Assembly: GCA_030619765.1 (NCBI GenBank)
Contig: JAUXAU010000007.1
Span: 465 to 64,464, forward strand
Direction of reading: 5' to 3'
Origin: Thermoplasmatota archaeon
GTDB taxonomy: Archaea > Thermoplasmatota > E2 > DHVEG-1
Length of the DNA: 64,000 bases
Part shown: piece after piece, positions 26,541-38,008 of the stretch
How the letters are laid out: each line of letters starts with the position of its first letter
Numbering within the stretch: position 1 is the first letter of the stretch
The notes under the pieces: generated by a model
The model's database searches: none
What the model saw: the letters and a program-made list of their open reading frames with translations, nothing else
Told to the model about the DNA's origin: nothing
Translations under genes and position numbers: made by a program

Positions 26541-29500
26541 ATGTGGATGCTATTCAAAAAAGAGTTTTTAGTAAATAGTAGATTAAAGAAGAAGCTTTTG
26601 AGCACATTGATTGTGACCGTGATGCTACTGATGTCGTTTGTTGGGATGTTATCTAGTTTTACAATAACTGTTGGTGCTAAAACTTTGACTGTTAAAACCG
26701 ATGGAAGTGGTAACTATACAAACATTCAGGATGCTATTGATAACGCATCCAACGGTGATACAGTTTACGTGTACAATGGAACATACTCGGGTGGTGGTTC
26801 TGACGCCGTTGTTTATATCAATAAAAGCATAACTCTTCAGGGTGAGAATGCTGGTAATACTATTATCAATGCGTCAGGTGTCTATTATGGTATCATGATT
26901 AACATTTCGGGAGCAATGGTATATAACTTTACCATTACTAAAGCAACAACTGATGGTATTTACCTAAATAATTCAGATAATATTGAAATAAGAAACTGTA
27001 CAATCTATAATAACAGCGACGGCATCCACCTGGAGTCTTCAAATAACAATACCATCATTGGGAACACCGCCAATTCGAATACCATTAACCACGGCATCTG
27101 GTTGTGGGAGTCGTGCAATAACACAGTTATAAATAACACTGCAAACTCGAACAACGAGGGGGGTATCTGTTTAGATTTTTCGAGCAATAACACCCTCACA
27201 AACAACACCGCAAATTCAAACAATCACAGCGGCATCGAGTTGTTCCAAGAATCACATAATAACACAGTTACAAACAGCACTGCTAACTTGAACAATGATA
27301 GTGGTATTTGCTTGCAAGATTCCAGTAATTATAATACCATTGCGGGCAACACCGTAAACTCAAACAACGCGAACGGTATCTTCTTAGATTCTTCAAACAA
27401 CACTCTCATCTACAACAACTACTTCAACAACACGAACAACGCTGGGGATAATGGAAACAACACGTGGAATATTAATAAAACATCAGGAACAAACATTATC
27501 GGTGGTTCGTATCTTGGTGGGAACTACTGGCATGACTACGCTGGAAGTGATACTAACGATGATGGCCTTGGTGATACACTAGTTCCCTATAACTGCTCTG
27601 ATAATATACCAAATGGTGGGGATTTCTTTCCCTTGGTTCTACCTGGTGGTGGACCAGGATCTGGTGGTGTGACCATGGTGCGTGGTAATGTGACAGATGG
27701 AGATGGCAGTCCGCTTTCTGATGTCTACCTTGAAATGTTTAAACAGGGTCCAGGAGATTGGTTTGAAAATAGTTCTCAATATACCAATTCTACTGGTGAA
27801 TATAGTTTTAATTTAAGCGTAGAAAATGCTGGTGCGGGAATGTACGACTTGAACGCATTTCTTGATGGGTATGTATCATACGGAAATTGGAGTGTTTTTG
27901 TGTCTGATGGTCAAACCATTTGGATTGATATCGAACTTCCTCAACTCTTTGTTAATTATTCTTATATCTATGGGAGAATAAATTCCAGTGATTCAGGCGA
28001 AATCTTGAATAATTCACAGATTGTCGTGCTAGACACTGATTTCACCCATATGATGGAAGGAATGGGGAAAGGAGATATGGAATATACAAACAATATGACA
28101 TATAACAATGAATCAGGATACTTCATGATACCGATTCTTTATAAATCGATTTATAATGTGATCGCGTTTAAAGACGGTTACTATGCCGCTTTTTCAAATC
28201 CCTCGATAAACGTCAGTAGTGAAGGGACAATATACTGGAACAACTTCAGCTTAAACCCTGCACAACCTGATAATCTGAGCATGGTTGTCGAATTTTCTGA
28301 TTTAGATGATGTCAAGATAACGGTGAATAGATCCATCGTTGCAGAGAGTCCGTTGATTCGTTTTGCTCTGGATTTCATGCCAGGCGTGGGAAACAACAAT
28401 CAAAATGTGAGTCAAACAGAAGTAGCAGGATATCTTCAGATGATGGGGAGTTATGGTCCGACAGTAAACGTCTCTCTCGATGAAGATTCCAGTGGAGGAG
28501 GAGGGGAAGAAGGCCCACCTGACTTCCTGCAGATATATGTCAGTCTCAAATTAGACGGTTCAAACCTCGACCTATATAAGTCAGGCACGTATAACGCAAA
28601 CCTTGATAACGTAGTTAATACTTCTGTTTCTTCTACAGAAACAATCTACTACAACGCCACTTTTTACCTTACCCTTGATGGCCCTATACTTAATCAGACA
28701 AACCATACGTTTAATGTCTCAAGTGAATACAAAAATCTTATAAATACCAACATCAACGTTACATTCGGTAATTTCTACAATGTCTCCCAGGTTGTAACAA
28801 ATCAAACTAATAATTCCGTAATAACGACTACATCGACTGCAATTATCAATCCAGGTAACGGAAGTGCTGATGAACTAGCTTACGCTTTACTCAGTCTCAT
28901 ATTAAATGCATCAACAGTGTCGCTTCCTATTTTTGAAGAGCCGACATGGCATACAACTGATGAATGGGAGCTAAATCAAACGGATAACAATGGGACGTCT
29001 ACAATCAAATACATTGTTGATGGAAAACCTCTGAAACAATGGGATCGTAATCAATACACCATTGGAGATTTATCTACATCGTATTTATGTTACTATATTG
29101 GAGAAGAAACTTCAACAACCTATGAAACGAAGTATGTAACATTAAACGATATTGATTGGATTGTTCTTAACGATCAAATGGAAATCGACTACCTAATTAA
29201 TGACCTAGAGTTCCCCCTATATAATTCGAAGACTTGGTCCACCCGGTCATGGTGGGGAGAGAATGTGACTGCTACGGTGATAGACTGTTATGAAGCGAAA
29301 ACAACACAGAAAGGGACGTTTTCGTGTGTAAAGGTCAACTATACAAACGCTTCAAGTTCGGTTGTTGGTCAGGAGTGGTATTCTCCAGATATTAACTTCT
29401 TAGTTAACAGAACAAGATATGACGATGCTGGAGTGGTTAGTATCCTCGATCTAAAAGAATATTCACTTGCGCCCTATATTCAAGCAGTCACTATTTATGC

Positions 29501-32500
29501 AAATGATTCAGATAGCAATAGTCTCTATAATTCAATTGATGTTAATCTGACAATCAACGCATCTGGTCTATCAAGTCCTGCCGACTTTATCTTAGAAGGA
29601 CCGTTCTATAAAGAAAGCAGCGGTTTTGAACCCCCAACAGATATCACCTGGACAGATAAAGAAATAAATGACATCAGTGGTATTCAAACAGTCACAGTAT
29701 CTTTTAGTGGAAGTCTTATCAACGCCAAGCAAGTCAATGGACCATATTCAGGTTGGCTTGAATTACGTGAACAAAGTGATTGGGGACCAGGTAGAAGTCT
29801 TGATTACGCTGAATTCCAAACTGCACAATACAGCTATACTGATTTCGAACTTCCAGTGGTCTCATTTAGTAATATTACTGATTATGGGAACGATACCAAC
29901 GTGAATGGACAATATGACTATTTAACTATCAATGTCACCGTGAATGTTACTCAGACGGGTAACTATTCACTTAATGGTGGACTCCATAAGGTCGTTTCCC
30001 ATGGGTACTGGGATGAATGGTATTGGATAACGGGAACAGGAACCGAAGTCTTCAATCTTGTCCAGGGAACCACCCCTACGCTTGTATTGAATTTCAAAGG
30101 AAGTGAGATCTATGAAAAGGGCTATGATGGGCAATTTAAATTCCATATAGAGATATTCGACAATGACAATTATGTACGGGTAAGTGAAAAGGAAAACAGT
30201 ACATCCAGGACCTATTACTATACTGAGTTTGAGACACCATCAGTATATTTCAACAAATCATGGATGAATCAAAGTGGGCTGCATGACTATATTAACAGTA
30301 GCACATACTTAACAATTAACGCCTCAATAGTCGTAGGAGAAGGTGCATTTGGTGGAGAAACAAGAACCTATGATATTCACGGAGGCCTCCATTTCACAGA
30401 AAATATTGGAGGTGATTTTGGAGATTTCATCACTGGAGCCGGGCAGGAAATTGAACTGAGCGAAGGAGAAAACATCATCCCATTGAACTTCAATATCGGA
30501 GACATATCTGCGGAGAATAGTTCATACAACGGTACCTTTGTTGTTGGAATAGGCTTTAGTGAAAGAATTGGAGGATGGATAGGTCCAGATATCGATAATT
30601 ATCATTATTATTCAGCGAGTTATAATGTCAGTTCTGATTTCCCCGATCCTCCGATATCAATGACAGTCATGAATGATAGCGTCATAAGTAATGGGGATTA
30701 CTTGAGAATTTTGGTAAATATTACAACTACTTCAGATGAATATGCAAATCATACCTATGATATCCATGGTGGTATCCACTACGTCGAGAATAACGATTGG
30801 TTCTTTATCGCAGGGATGGGACAACAAGTAACGCTCAACTATGGGACTAATCTTATCAATCTTGATTTCAGTGGAATGGAAATTGCAGCAAGTGGAAAAA
30901 ATGGGCCCTATTCATACTGGATAGGCTTGGATCGGCTTCCAAACTATGAGATGATTGCGAATAAGGAAGGACAAACCAGTAATTATACCACGGCTAATTT
31001 TACATCCCCAAGTATACAGTTTGGTAATTCACAAAACTTCACTGATTTCACAAATGAAACCGATTATCTGACAGTTCAAGTACAGGTGATCGTCAACCAA
31101 AATGGCACTTATCACATCGGCGGTGGTATCCACTGGATTGAATATCAAAATGGTTGGGACGACTGGCGGTTCATCACTGGTACAGGAAATGAATATACCC
31201 TTAGCCAAGGAACATACAATTTATCTATAAACTTCGATCAAGGTATGATACGCGACGCTCTTCAAGTAAACAATTACGCTGGTATTTTGAAAGTGCATAT
31301 TGGTATAGAGAACGCGTCGACCTGGCAACATATCGCGAATGCAGAGTATGATACAAGTCCATACAGTTACTCTAATTTCAGTGCATCTGCCGTGAGTGTC
31401 GTTTCAGCAACTGAACAAATAGATGTGAACGGCGATCTCATCGTGAATCTTACCTTAAACGTATCAACCTCTGACACGTATACGATCCATGGTGGGGTTC
31501 ATTGGGTTGAAACCACCAATGGGTGGGATAACTGGTGGTTTATCACAGGTACTTGGGATCAATATATATTAGGTTCCGGCGAAACAAATCAATTATTGAC
31601 GTTCAACGGCGGTGAAATATATAATAGCCTGCAAGATGGGCCATACAAGATATGGATTGGTGTCGAGAATACCACGACCTATCAGTTGGTTGCGTCTACT
31701 GAGTTAGAAACCTCCTCATATAATTATACGGATTTTGCTGCTGCAGCACCAGGAGTACGTATTGTTAGAGAAAACATGACTGATGGAACTGTTGATTATA
31801 TGAATGGATCTTATCTAACGGTGAATGTAAGTTTGCATGAGACAAGCAATGGAACCTATTGGTTGGATGGCGGATTACACAATAGTAACTGGAACTGGAT
31901 CACCGGTACTGGGGATCAAATCACTGTAGTTGAAGGAGATAATATTGTACCTTTGAATTTTAACGCTGGTGACATCTATTCAAGTGGATACGATGGACCG
32001 TACAAAGTCTGGATAGGGTTGAGAAATACCACAACTTGGTCTGATGTCGATCATTATGAGTATACTACTCAGAGTTACACTTCTAGTCAAGCACCTCCTC
32101 CACCAATTCAATTTGAATCAATGAGTGATGGACAATGTGACTATTTGAATTCTTCTTATATTACGATCAATGTGACATTAAATGTGTCTTCAGATTCCTA
32201 TGCAGATACTTATGATCTACATGGCGGTATAAACTATGTAGATTCCAATGGGTGGTGGCAGTTCCTAACGGGAGGAGGAAACTGGGTTTATCTTTCAAAC
32301 GGAACAAATAACATGTCTTTGAATTTTAATGCAGGTGAAATACGCTCAGGCTTACCAGATGGATACAATGATAATTTAGAAGTATGGATGGGATTAAGTG
32401 ATATCAATACTTGGAATGAAATCGGACACAAGGAATACACAACACAGCAATACAATAAGAACGATCTCCCTGGACCACAGATGACTATGTCGGTAACAGG

Positions 32501-34292
32501 AGATTACATCAATGAATCAGTGAACGGTTCTTATTTTACTGTTAATTTAACAATCAACGTTTCTTCAGGAAATTCTGGAACCTATGACGTCCATGGAGGA
32601 GTCCACTATATTGATACATCAAGAGGTTGGGACGAATGGATGTTTATCACCGGAACCGGATCTCCAAGAACGCTTTCTGAAGGAACTAATTCTATAGCTC
32701 TCAACTTCAATGCTGGAGAAATTTATAACATGTTACAACAAAAAAGTTACAATGGAAAACTCACTATCTGGACCGGTGTCCAAAATATTACAACATGGGA
32801 CCATATTGCCCATGCAGAATATACTACCTCTAGTGACTATTCAACAAACAGTTTCAGTCCACCTGGACTTACAATAGAATGTACAAGTGATTACAACAAC
32901 GCAACCGATTATCTGACAGTAAACGTTACTATCAATGCATCTTCAGCGTATCAAAATACTTCGCTAGATGTCCATGCAGGTCTCCACTATAAACAGGGAT
33001 GGGAATGGCGATTCATAACAGGTTTTGGAACCCAGATCAATTTAACAAATCAAACAACAACAATACCGATCAATTTCAACGGTGGAGCAATACGAAGTAG
33101 TGAACAATCTGGCCCTTATGACGTATGGGTTGGTATCAGTCAAGAAGGGCAATGGGATGACATCGCTCACGATGATAATACTACAAATAGCTATGATTAC
33201 ACTGATTTTGCAGCACCCCCTGTAAGAATAATTAATAACACTGATTATGCAAATGGTACTAGCTATTTAACAATAAATGTTACGCTAAATGCCTCACAAA
33301 CAGGAACCTACTTCCTTGAAGGAGGTCTCCACTGGATTGATGGCTACCAATGGAAATGGATAACATGGGAAGGAACAGACATCAACATAACCTCAACAGG
33401 GGAACAAACGTTCCCGCTAAACTTCGATGGAAAACAAATAGCGAATGCTCAAAATGACGGATGGAATGGAGAAACTCTTGTAGCCTGGATCTGCGTGATA
33501 AACACTACTACATGGAATGAAATCAATAGAGTTGATGAATATACAACTGGAAGCTACTCACCAAACGACTTCTCTGCATCACCAGTAACATTTAATGGAT
33601 CGATACAGGATTCCAGAGTCAACACATCAGGTGGAGGGACACCATATGATCAACTAAGAGTAATCGTACCTATCACTTTAAACTCTTCAGGTAACTACGA
33701 GATATTCGCCGGATTATTTGACGTTGGCAATAACACGCTCATCACCACCGCCTCAAAAACATTTACCAGTGGTATTAATGTAACACTCAACTTCACTGGA
33801 ACAAAAATCTATAGAAAACACTTCAATGGAACGTTTGAATTCAGAGCGAAAATATTCGACACTGATTCATGGTTCGAATGTGACAACATGATCAACACTA
33901 CAGGTTACCACAACTATACTGATTTTGAATCAGCAACACGAGAAGCAACAATTGCCGGTAGCTACAGCAACTACACCAATCAAAATGGAGATGTTGTAAT
34001 CAACGTATCCATAAATGTCACACAAAATGAAACCAAATATGAACTTTATGGGGATCTATTTAACGATTCAGGTGCAAAATATATTACTAACGCCAAGAAC
34101 ATCACCTATTTCGGCAATCAGACTGGAACAGTAACAGCTCAGCTTGTTTTCAATGGATCAACAATAACAAATTCTTCAGGTGAAGCACCATATAAACTTG
34201 CATATCTGAGACTTTCTATTTATAACACAGTAGAAACTATTTGGGAAGAACTAGATCAAAAGAATAACCCCTATGAGAATATCAATCCGTGA
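26541..34292 (+). CDS. Giant secreted surface protein (2583 aa): right-handed beta-helix (NosD/PbH1-like) N-terminal region, CarboxypepD_reg-like domains, then about 13 tandem beta-rich modules
   Basis: Signal/anchor LLSTLIVTVMLLMSFVGMLS. GNYTNIQDAIDNASNGDTVYVYNGTY and repeated NN[ST]...N[ST]ANSNN..GI turns indicate a parallel beta-helix. N-x-S/T sequons are extremely dense. The start could be the second ATG at 26547. Confidence 0.9.
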   Translation: MWMLFKKEFLVNSRLKKKLLSTLIVTVMLLMSFVGMLSSFTITVGAKTLTVKTDGSGNYTNIQDAIDNASNGDTVYVYNGTYSGGGSDAVVYINKSITLQGENAGNTIINASGVYYGIMINISGAMVYNFTITKATTDGIYLNNSDNIEIRNCTIYNNSDGIHLESSNNNTIIGNTANSNTINHGIWLWESCNNTVINNTANSNNEGGICLDFSSNNTLTNNTANSNNHSGIELFQESHNNTVTNSTANLNNDSGICLQDSSNYNTIAGNTVNSNNANGIFLDSSNNTLIYNNYFNNTNNAGDNGNNTWNINKTSGTNIIGGSYLGGNYWHDYAGSDTNDDGLGDTLVPYNCSDNIPNGGDFFPLVLPGGGPGSGGVTMVRGNVTDGDGSPLSDVYLEMFKQGPGDWFENSSQYTNSTGEYSFNLSVENAGAGMYDLNAFLDGYVSYGNWSVFVSDGQTIWIDIELPQLFVNYSYIYGRINSSDSGEILNNSQIVVLDTDFTHMMEGMGKGDMEYTNNMTYNNESGYFMIPILYKSIYNVIAFKDGYYAAFSNPSINVSSEGTIYWNNFSLNPAQPDNLSMVVEFSDLDDVKITVNRSIVAESPLIRFALDFMPGVGNNNQNVSQTEVAGYLQMMGSYGPTVNVSLDEDSSGGGGEEGPPDFLQIYVSLKLDGSNLDLYKSGTYNANLDNVVNTSVSSTETIYYNATFYLTLDGPILNQTNHTFNVSSEYKNLINTNINVTFGNFYNVSQVVTNQTNNSVITTTSTAIINPGNGSADELAYALLSLILNASTVSLPIFEEPTWHTTDEWELNQTDNNGTSTIKYIVDGKPLKQWDRNQYTIGDLSTSYLCYYIGEETSTTYETKYVTLNDIDWIVLNDQMEIDYLINDLEFPLYNSKTWSTRSWWGENVTATVIDCYEAKTTQKGTFSCVKVNYTNASSSVVGQEWYSPDINFLVNRTRYDDAGVVSILDLKEYSLAPYIQAVTIYANDSDSNSLYNSIDVNLTINASGLSSPADFILEGPFYKESSGFEPPTDITWTDKEINDISGIQTVTVSFSGSLINAKQVNGPYSGWLELREQSDWGPGRSLDYAEFQTAQYSYTDFELPVVSFSNITDYGNDTNVNGQYDYLTINVTVNVTQTGNYSLNGGLHKVVSHGYWDEWYWITGTGTEVFNLVQGTTPTLVLNFKGSEIYEKGYDGQFKFHIEIFDNDNYVRVSEKENSTSRTYYYTEFETPSVYFNKSWMNQSGLHDYINSSTYLTINASIVVGEGAFGGETRTYDIHGGLHFTENIGGDFGDFITGAGQEIELSEGENIIPLNFNIGDISAENSSYNGTFVVGIGFSERIGGWIGPDIDNYHYYSASYNVSSDFPDPPISMTVMNDSVISNGDYLRILVNITTTSDEYANHTYDIHGGIHYVENNDWFFIAGMGQQVTLNYGTNLINLDFSGMEIAASGKNGPYSYWIGLDRLPNYEMIANKEGQTSNYTTANFTSPSIQFGNSQNFTDFTNETDYLTVQVQVIVNQNGTYHIGGGIHWIEYQNGWDDWRFITGTGNEYTLSQGTYNLSINFDQGMIRDALQVNNYAGILKVHIGIENASTWQHIANAEYDTSPYSYSNFSASAVSVVSATEQIDVNGDLIVNLTLNVSTSDTYTIHGGVHWVETTNGWDNWWFITGTWDQYILGSGETNQLLTFNGGEIYNSLQDGPYKIWIGVENTTTYQLVASTELETSSYNYTDFAAAAPGVRIVRENMTDGTVDYMNGSYLTVNVSLHETSNGTYWLDGGLHNSNWNWITGTGDQITVVEGDNIVPLNFNAGDIYSSGYDGPYKVWIGLRNTTTWSDVDHYEYTTQSYTSSQAPPPPIQFESMSDGQCDYLNSSYITINVTLNVSSDSYADTYDLHGGINYVDSNGWWQFLTGGGNWVYLSNGTNNMSLNFNAGEIRSGLPDGYNDNLEVWMGLSDINTWNEIGHKEYTTQQYNKNDLPGPQMTMSVTGDYINESVNGSYFTVNLTINVSSGNSGTYDVHGGVHYIDTSRGWDEWMFITGTGSPRTLSEGTNSIALNFNAGEIYNMLQQKSYNGKLTIWTGVQNITTWDHIAHAEYTTSSDYSTNSFSPPGLTIECTSDYNNATDYLTVNVTINASSAYQNTSLDVHAGLHYKQGWEWRFITGFGTQINLTNQTTTIPINFNGGAIRSSEQSGPYDVWVGISQEGQWDDIAHDDNTTNSYDYTDFAAPPVRIINNTDYANGTSYLTINVTLNASQTGTYFLEGGLHWIDGYQWKWITWEGTDINITSTGEQTFPLNFDGKQIANAQNDGWNGETLVAWICVINTTTWNEINRVDEYTTGSYSPNDFSASPVTFNGSIQDSRVNTSGGGTPYDQLRVIVPITLNSSGNYEIFAGLFDVGNNTLITTASKTFTSGINVTLNFTGTKIYRKHFNGTFEFRAKIFDTDSWFECDNMINTTGYHNYTDFESATREATIAGSYSNYTNQNGDVVINVSINVTQNETKYELYGDLFNDSGAKYITNAKNITYFGNQTGTVTAQLVFNGSTITNSSGEAPYKLAYLRLSIYNTVETIWEELDQKNNPYENINP
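29470..34289 (+). repeat. Tandem array of about 13 divergent protein modules of about 125 aa inside the giant ORF
   Basis: Recurrent pattern: YLT[IV]NVT.NV...GTY...GG[LIV]H......W.[FW]ITG.G......G.N...LNFN[GA].EI......GPY.[VI]W[IV]G..N..TW......YTT..Y...DF..P. The repeat is visible only at protein level. Confidence 0.8.
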
Positions 34293-34302
34293 GGTGAAAA
34301 AC

Positions 34303-37300
34303 ATGAAAAGAAATCAAAAAACCTTGACCATAATATTGTCTTCTTTGTTAATATTGCACATTTTTATGGTAATACCAAGTATAGCAATAACCCCCAGTAG
34401 CTCGGACATCTCACCAAGCATCTTTAGCCCAGGAGATGGAAACGGGTTGAACGACACCACAACAATAACAATTACTTTCACTAGTAGTCAAACGTTGTAC
34501 GTCAACATATTTAATGATCAATCTGAACTGATCGCAGAAGACCGGGTAATGGCTGAAAGCCCAAGTGGTACTTATAAATATACATGGAACGGTAAAAACG
34601 AGAGCGATGGATACGTATCTGAAGGAACATATACAATTCGTGTATCAGATAACCCTGCTCAAAATGGAGATACTATCGGCACGGTTGAAGTAGATACTAC
34701 ACCACCAAGTTCACAATCTCTTTCTATCAACGGTGGTACAACCTATACAACATCACGATATGTAAATCTTACTATAGGTGCAACAGGCGCCACGAAAATG
34801 AAAGTAAGTAACTACCTAAATTTTTCAGGTGCAACATGGGAGACATATTCTACATCAAAAACGAACTGGGCGTTATCTTCATCTTCTGGTGATGGAGTGA
34901 CCCAAACAGTTTACATAAATTTTAGGGATGTTGCAGGTGCCAACGTCTCAACATATGATTCAATTGAGCTTGATACAGTGGCTCCCGATGCATCGTTGTC
35001 AATAAATAGTGGGAACAGTTCTACGAATGATCTAAACGTAACCTTGACTATTACTGCGTCTGATGCTACTCATATGAAAATTGATAATGACACCAATTTT
35101 TTCAATATGACTAGTTGGATAACTAAGGCGAATACCTATGATTTCACGTTACCATCTGGTGCTGACGGATCAAAAACAGTGTACCTCCGCGTTAAGGATA
35201 GTGCAAGTAACGTATACACTACATCGGATTCAATTACAGTTGATACCCAAGTACCTACAAATTTATCTCTTTCCGTAAATAACGGAGCTTCTTATACCAA
35301 CATTACCAATGTGACTCTTACACTCTCAGCAAGTGGTGGCCCATCAAAAGTATATATAAGCAACGATGGGAGTAATTGGACTCAATATAATTACACAACA
35401 TCGTTATCTTGGGTTCTGACCTCCTCTGAGGGTACTAAATATGTTTACTATAAAGCGGCAGATGGAGCGGGAAATAATGCAACTGCAATATCTGCAACAA
35501 TTGCACTTGATACTACTGCTCCATCAGCTGTTACTTTAAGTTCGCCAGCAGACGGTGCTACAGTTACCACGCAAACACCTACATTTAGCTGGTCAGATCC
35601 AAATACTCAAGGAACAAAGAATTTCTATATAACAATCTCACAATCTGGGAATGTTGTTGATAGCGGCACCCTAAATTCAAGCACAAAAACTTATACCTCA
35701 GGCACCCTTTCAGCTGGAACGTACTCCTGGAAAGTTAAAGTATTTGATATGGCAAACAACTCAGCAGTGACCAGCCAACGATCATTCACGATATCAGTAT
35801 CAGGTTTGGCAATACCTTCTCCTCAATATCCAACGAGTGAAGCATATGTCAATGATACTACACCGCGATTGCGATGGTCTCAAGTAACTGGAGCTGGTAC
35901 CATCAATTACGATTATAAGTATGGAAATTCTTCAACTAATCTTACAAATACAGGTTCAACAACAAGTCTGTATGCTGACACTGTAGATTACAACCATGGT
36001 GATACAGTCTACTGGTCAGTACGAGCACGAAATACAACCCATCAGTCAAATTATTCATCTGTCCGTTCATTTACAATAGATACACAACCCCCAACAAGCT
36101 TAAGCATTTCAGTAAACAGTGGCGCTTCTTATGCAACCTCAACATCAGTTACTTTAACATTAAGTGCCACGGGCGCTACATATATGATGATCAGCAACAA
36201 TACGAATTTCAGTGGTGCTAGTTGGGAGAGTTACGCTACAACAAAATCCTGGACACTTTCCTCAACCGATGATACAAAAACAGTCTATTTCAAAGCAAAA
36301 GATAACGCCGTTGGCGATCAAGGGTCGACAGCTTATGCCAATATTGCTAGTGCAGTCAGCGATACAATAATACTTGATACATCGGCTCCAACAGTAACGC
36401 CGCAATCACCTAGCTCTGGAAGCACAATTACCACAACAAATCCAACAATCAGAGCAACTTTAAGCGATACTGGCTCTGGCATTAATACTAGTGCTGTTAC
36501 AATGACTCTAGATGGCGCCTCAGTTACTCCAACAAATATAACAGAGGCGTTGGTTCGATATGTGTCATCTACGATCTCTACAGGACTACATAGCGTTTCT
36601 GTTGCAGCAACTGACTATGCTGGTTATACTGGATATGGTAACTGGACGTTTACTATTTCGAGCGGTGGGGGTGGTAGCCCATCTCCAGGAGGGACACCAG
36701 GTGTAATACCTGCGACTTATTCTTCAAGTATATCGGTATCTCATGAACCTACAACGATTACAAATTCAGACACCGTTAACATATCTGTAGTACTTAGTGC
36801 ATTTAGCGCCGATGTTATAAGTGTTGATTTGTTTTGGAATGATGGAATCGATCACTCAAAACAGATGACATTGCAAACTGGTACAACATATTCAGCAACA
36901 TTAGGCCCATTCCCAGAAGGCATAACAGTTACTTATTATGCTTTAGTGTTAGATAATGATTCACAAGAAACTTCCTCCAGTACATTCAGTTTTACTATAG
37001 AAGATTATAATGGCCCAACTATTTCCATCGTTTCACCTGCAGATGGCTCAAAAATTACAGATAGAACACCGACAATAAAGGCAACTTATTCAGATACCGG
37101 TGGTATAGATACAAGTAGTGTTAAATTAACTTTTAATGATGATGTCACATCAAATGCCATAATAACCGCAACAACAGTTACATACGTGCCATCTAATCCA
37201 TTATCATACTCGACTCACACGGTTACTTTAGAAGTTGCTGATAATTTAGGTAATACCGCGACAAAGACATGGTCATTCACAATATCTCCAGAGGAAATAG

Positions 37301-37872
37301 AAATTACTAAACTCATTGATGAAATCGTAAAAGGGGAAAGTGAAACAATATCTCTTAAGGATTACAATATTGTACTTGAAGAAATTAAAATAACAGCGGC
37401 AAACAACCTAGAAAACGTGACCCTTAATATCAAAACACTCGAAGAAAAACCAACCAATGCAATAGCACCAAGTAAAACAGTCTATATGTACATAGACATA
37501 GAAATCAATACTGAGGCAACTGACCTTTCTCTAGTGACAATTACATTCAAAGTCGAACAATCATGGTTTGAGGACAACCATATAGATAAAAAAACAGTCA
37601 TGTTACTGAGATATCATAATAATAGCTGGCAAGAGTTCACAACGACAAAGACTGATGAAGATGATCTCTATGTATATTATGAAGTAGAAATACCAGGATT
37701 CTCAACATTTGCTATCGTTGGAAGTGAAATTTCTGGAAAGGATATCGCAGAGGTTCCACTGACATGGGTCATCGCCATTGTAGGTATAATAGCAGTAATA
37801 ATCATATTTATCATTATTCTCTTCAAAAAAGGATATATTTATATCGAAGAAGAGCATAAAGATGAACCGTAG
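34303..37872 (+). CDS. Surface protein with FlgD-Ig-like domain, repeated Ig-like modules and a C-terminal PGF-pre-PGF domain plus TM anchor
   Basis: The ATG at 34303 is preceded by GAGGTGA. Signal peptide present. There are four modules of about 95 aa (DT..P..LS[IL]S[IV]N.G..YT....V.LT..A.GA..M..SN...FSGA.WE.Y). VYMYIDIEI...ITFKVEQSWFEDNHIDKKTVMLLRYHNNSWQEF...YYEVEIPGFSTFAIVG is the PGF-pre-PGF signature, followed by a TM helix. Confidence 0.85.
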   Translation: MKRNQKTLTIILSSLLILHIFMVIPSIAITPSSSDISPSIFSPGDGNGLNDTTTITITFTSSQTLYVNIFNDQSELIAEDRVMAESPSGTYKYTWNGKNESDGYVSEGTYTIRVSDNPAQNGDTIGTVEVDTTPPSSQSLSINGGTTYTTSRYVNLTIGATGATKMKVSNYLNFSGATWETYSTSKTNWALSSSSGDGVTQTVYINFRDVAGANVSTYDSIELDTVAPDASLSINSGNSSTNDLNVTLTITASDATHMKIDNDTNFFNMTSWITKANTYDFTLPSGADGSKTVYLRVKDSASNVYTTSDSITVDTQVPTNLSLSVNNGASYTNITNVTLTLSASGGPSKVYISNDGSNWTQYNYTTSLSWVLTSSEGTKYVYYKAADGAGNNATAISATIALDTTAPSAVTLSSPADGATVTTQTPTFSWSDPNTQGTKNFYITISQSGNVVDSGTLNSSTKTYTSGTLSAGTYSWKVKVFDMANNSAVTSQRSFTISVSGLAIPSPQYPTSEAYVNDTTPRLRWSQVTGAGTINYDYKYGNSSTNLTNTGSTTSLYADTVDYNHGDTVYWSVRARNTTHQSNYSSVRSFTIDTQPPTSLSISVNSGASYATSTSVTLTLSATGATYMMISNNTNFSGASWESYATTKSWTLSSTDDTKTVYFKAKDNAVGDQGSTAYANIASAVSDTIILDTSAPTVTPQSPSSGSTITTTNPTIRATLSDTGSGINTSAVTMTLDGASVTPTNITEALVRYVSSTISTGLHSVSVAATDYAGYTGYGNWTFTISSGGGGSPSPGGTPGVIPATYSSSISVSHEPTTITNSDTVNISVVLSAFSADVISVDLFWNDGIDHSKQMTLQTGTTYSATLGPFPEGITVTYYALVLDNDSQETSSSTFSFTIEDYNGPTISIVSPADGSKITDRTPTIKATYSDTGGIDTSSVKLTFNDDVTSNAIITATTVTYVPSNPLSYSTHTVTLEVADNLGNTATKTWSFTISPEEIEITKLIDEIVKGESETISLKDYNIVLEEIKITAANNLENVTLNIKTLEEKPTNAIAPSKTVYMYIDIEINTEATDLSLVTITFKVEQSWFEDNHIDKKTVMLLRYHNNSWQEFTTTKTDEDDLYVYYEVEIPGFSTFAIVGSEISGKDIAEVPLTWVIAIVGIIAVIIIFIIILFKKGYIYIEEEHKDEP

Positions 37873-38008
37873 AAAAAATCTAGGATAAAATAAATTCTTT
37901 TTCCCTTTTTTAATTAAAAAATACAAGAGTCGCCTCTTCACGTAACGAATTGCGTAGCTTTTTCCTCGAGGGGAAGAAAACGCCTGCAACATTTTAGCTT
38001 TAATCTCC

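Noticed and set aside
26354-26605. An 83-aa minus-strand ORF upstream of and overlapping the giant gene start
   Set aside because: It is a low-complexity F/L/I-rich reading of the AT-rich promoter region and overlaps the giant ORF's start and Shine-Dalgarno.
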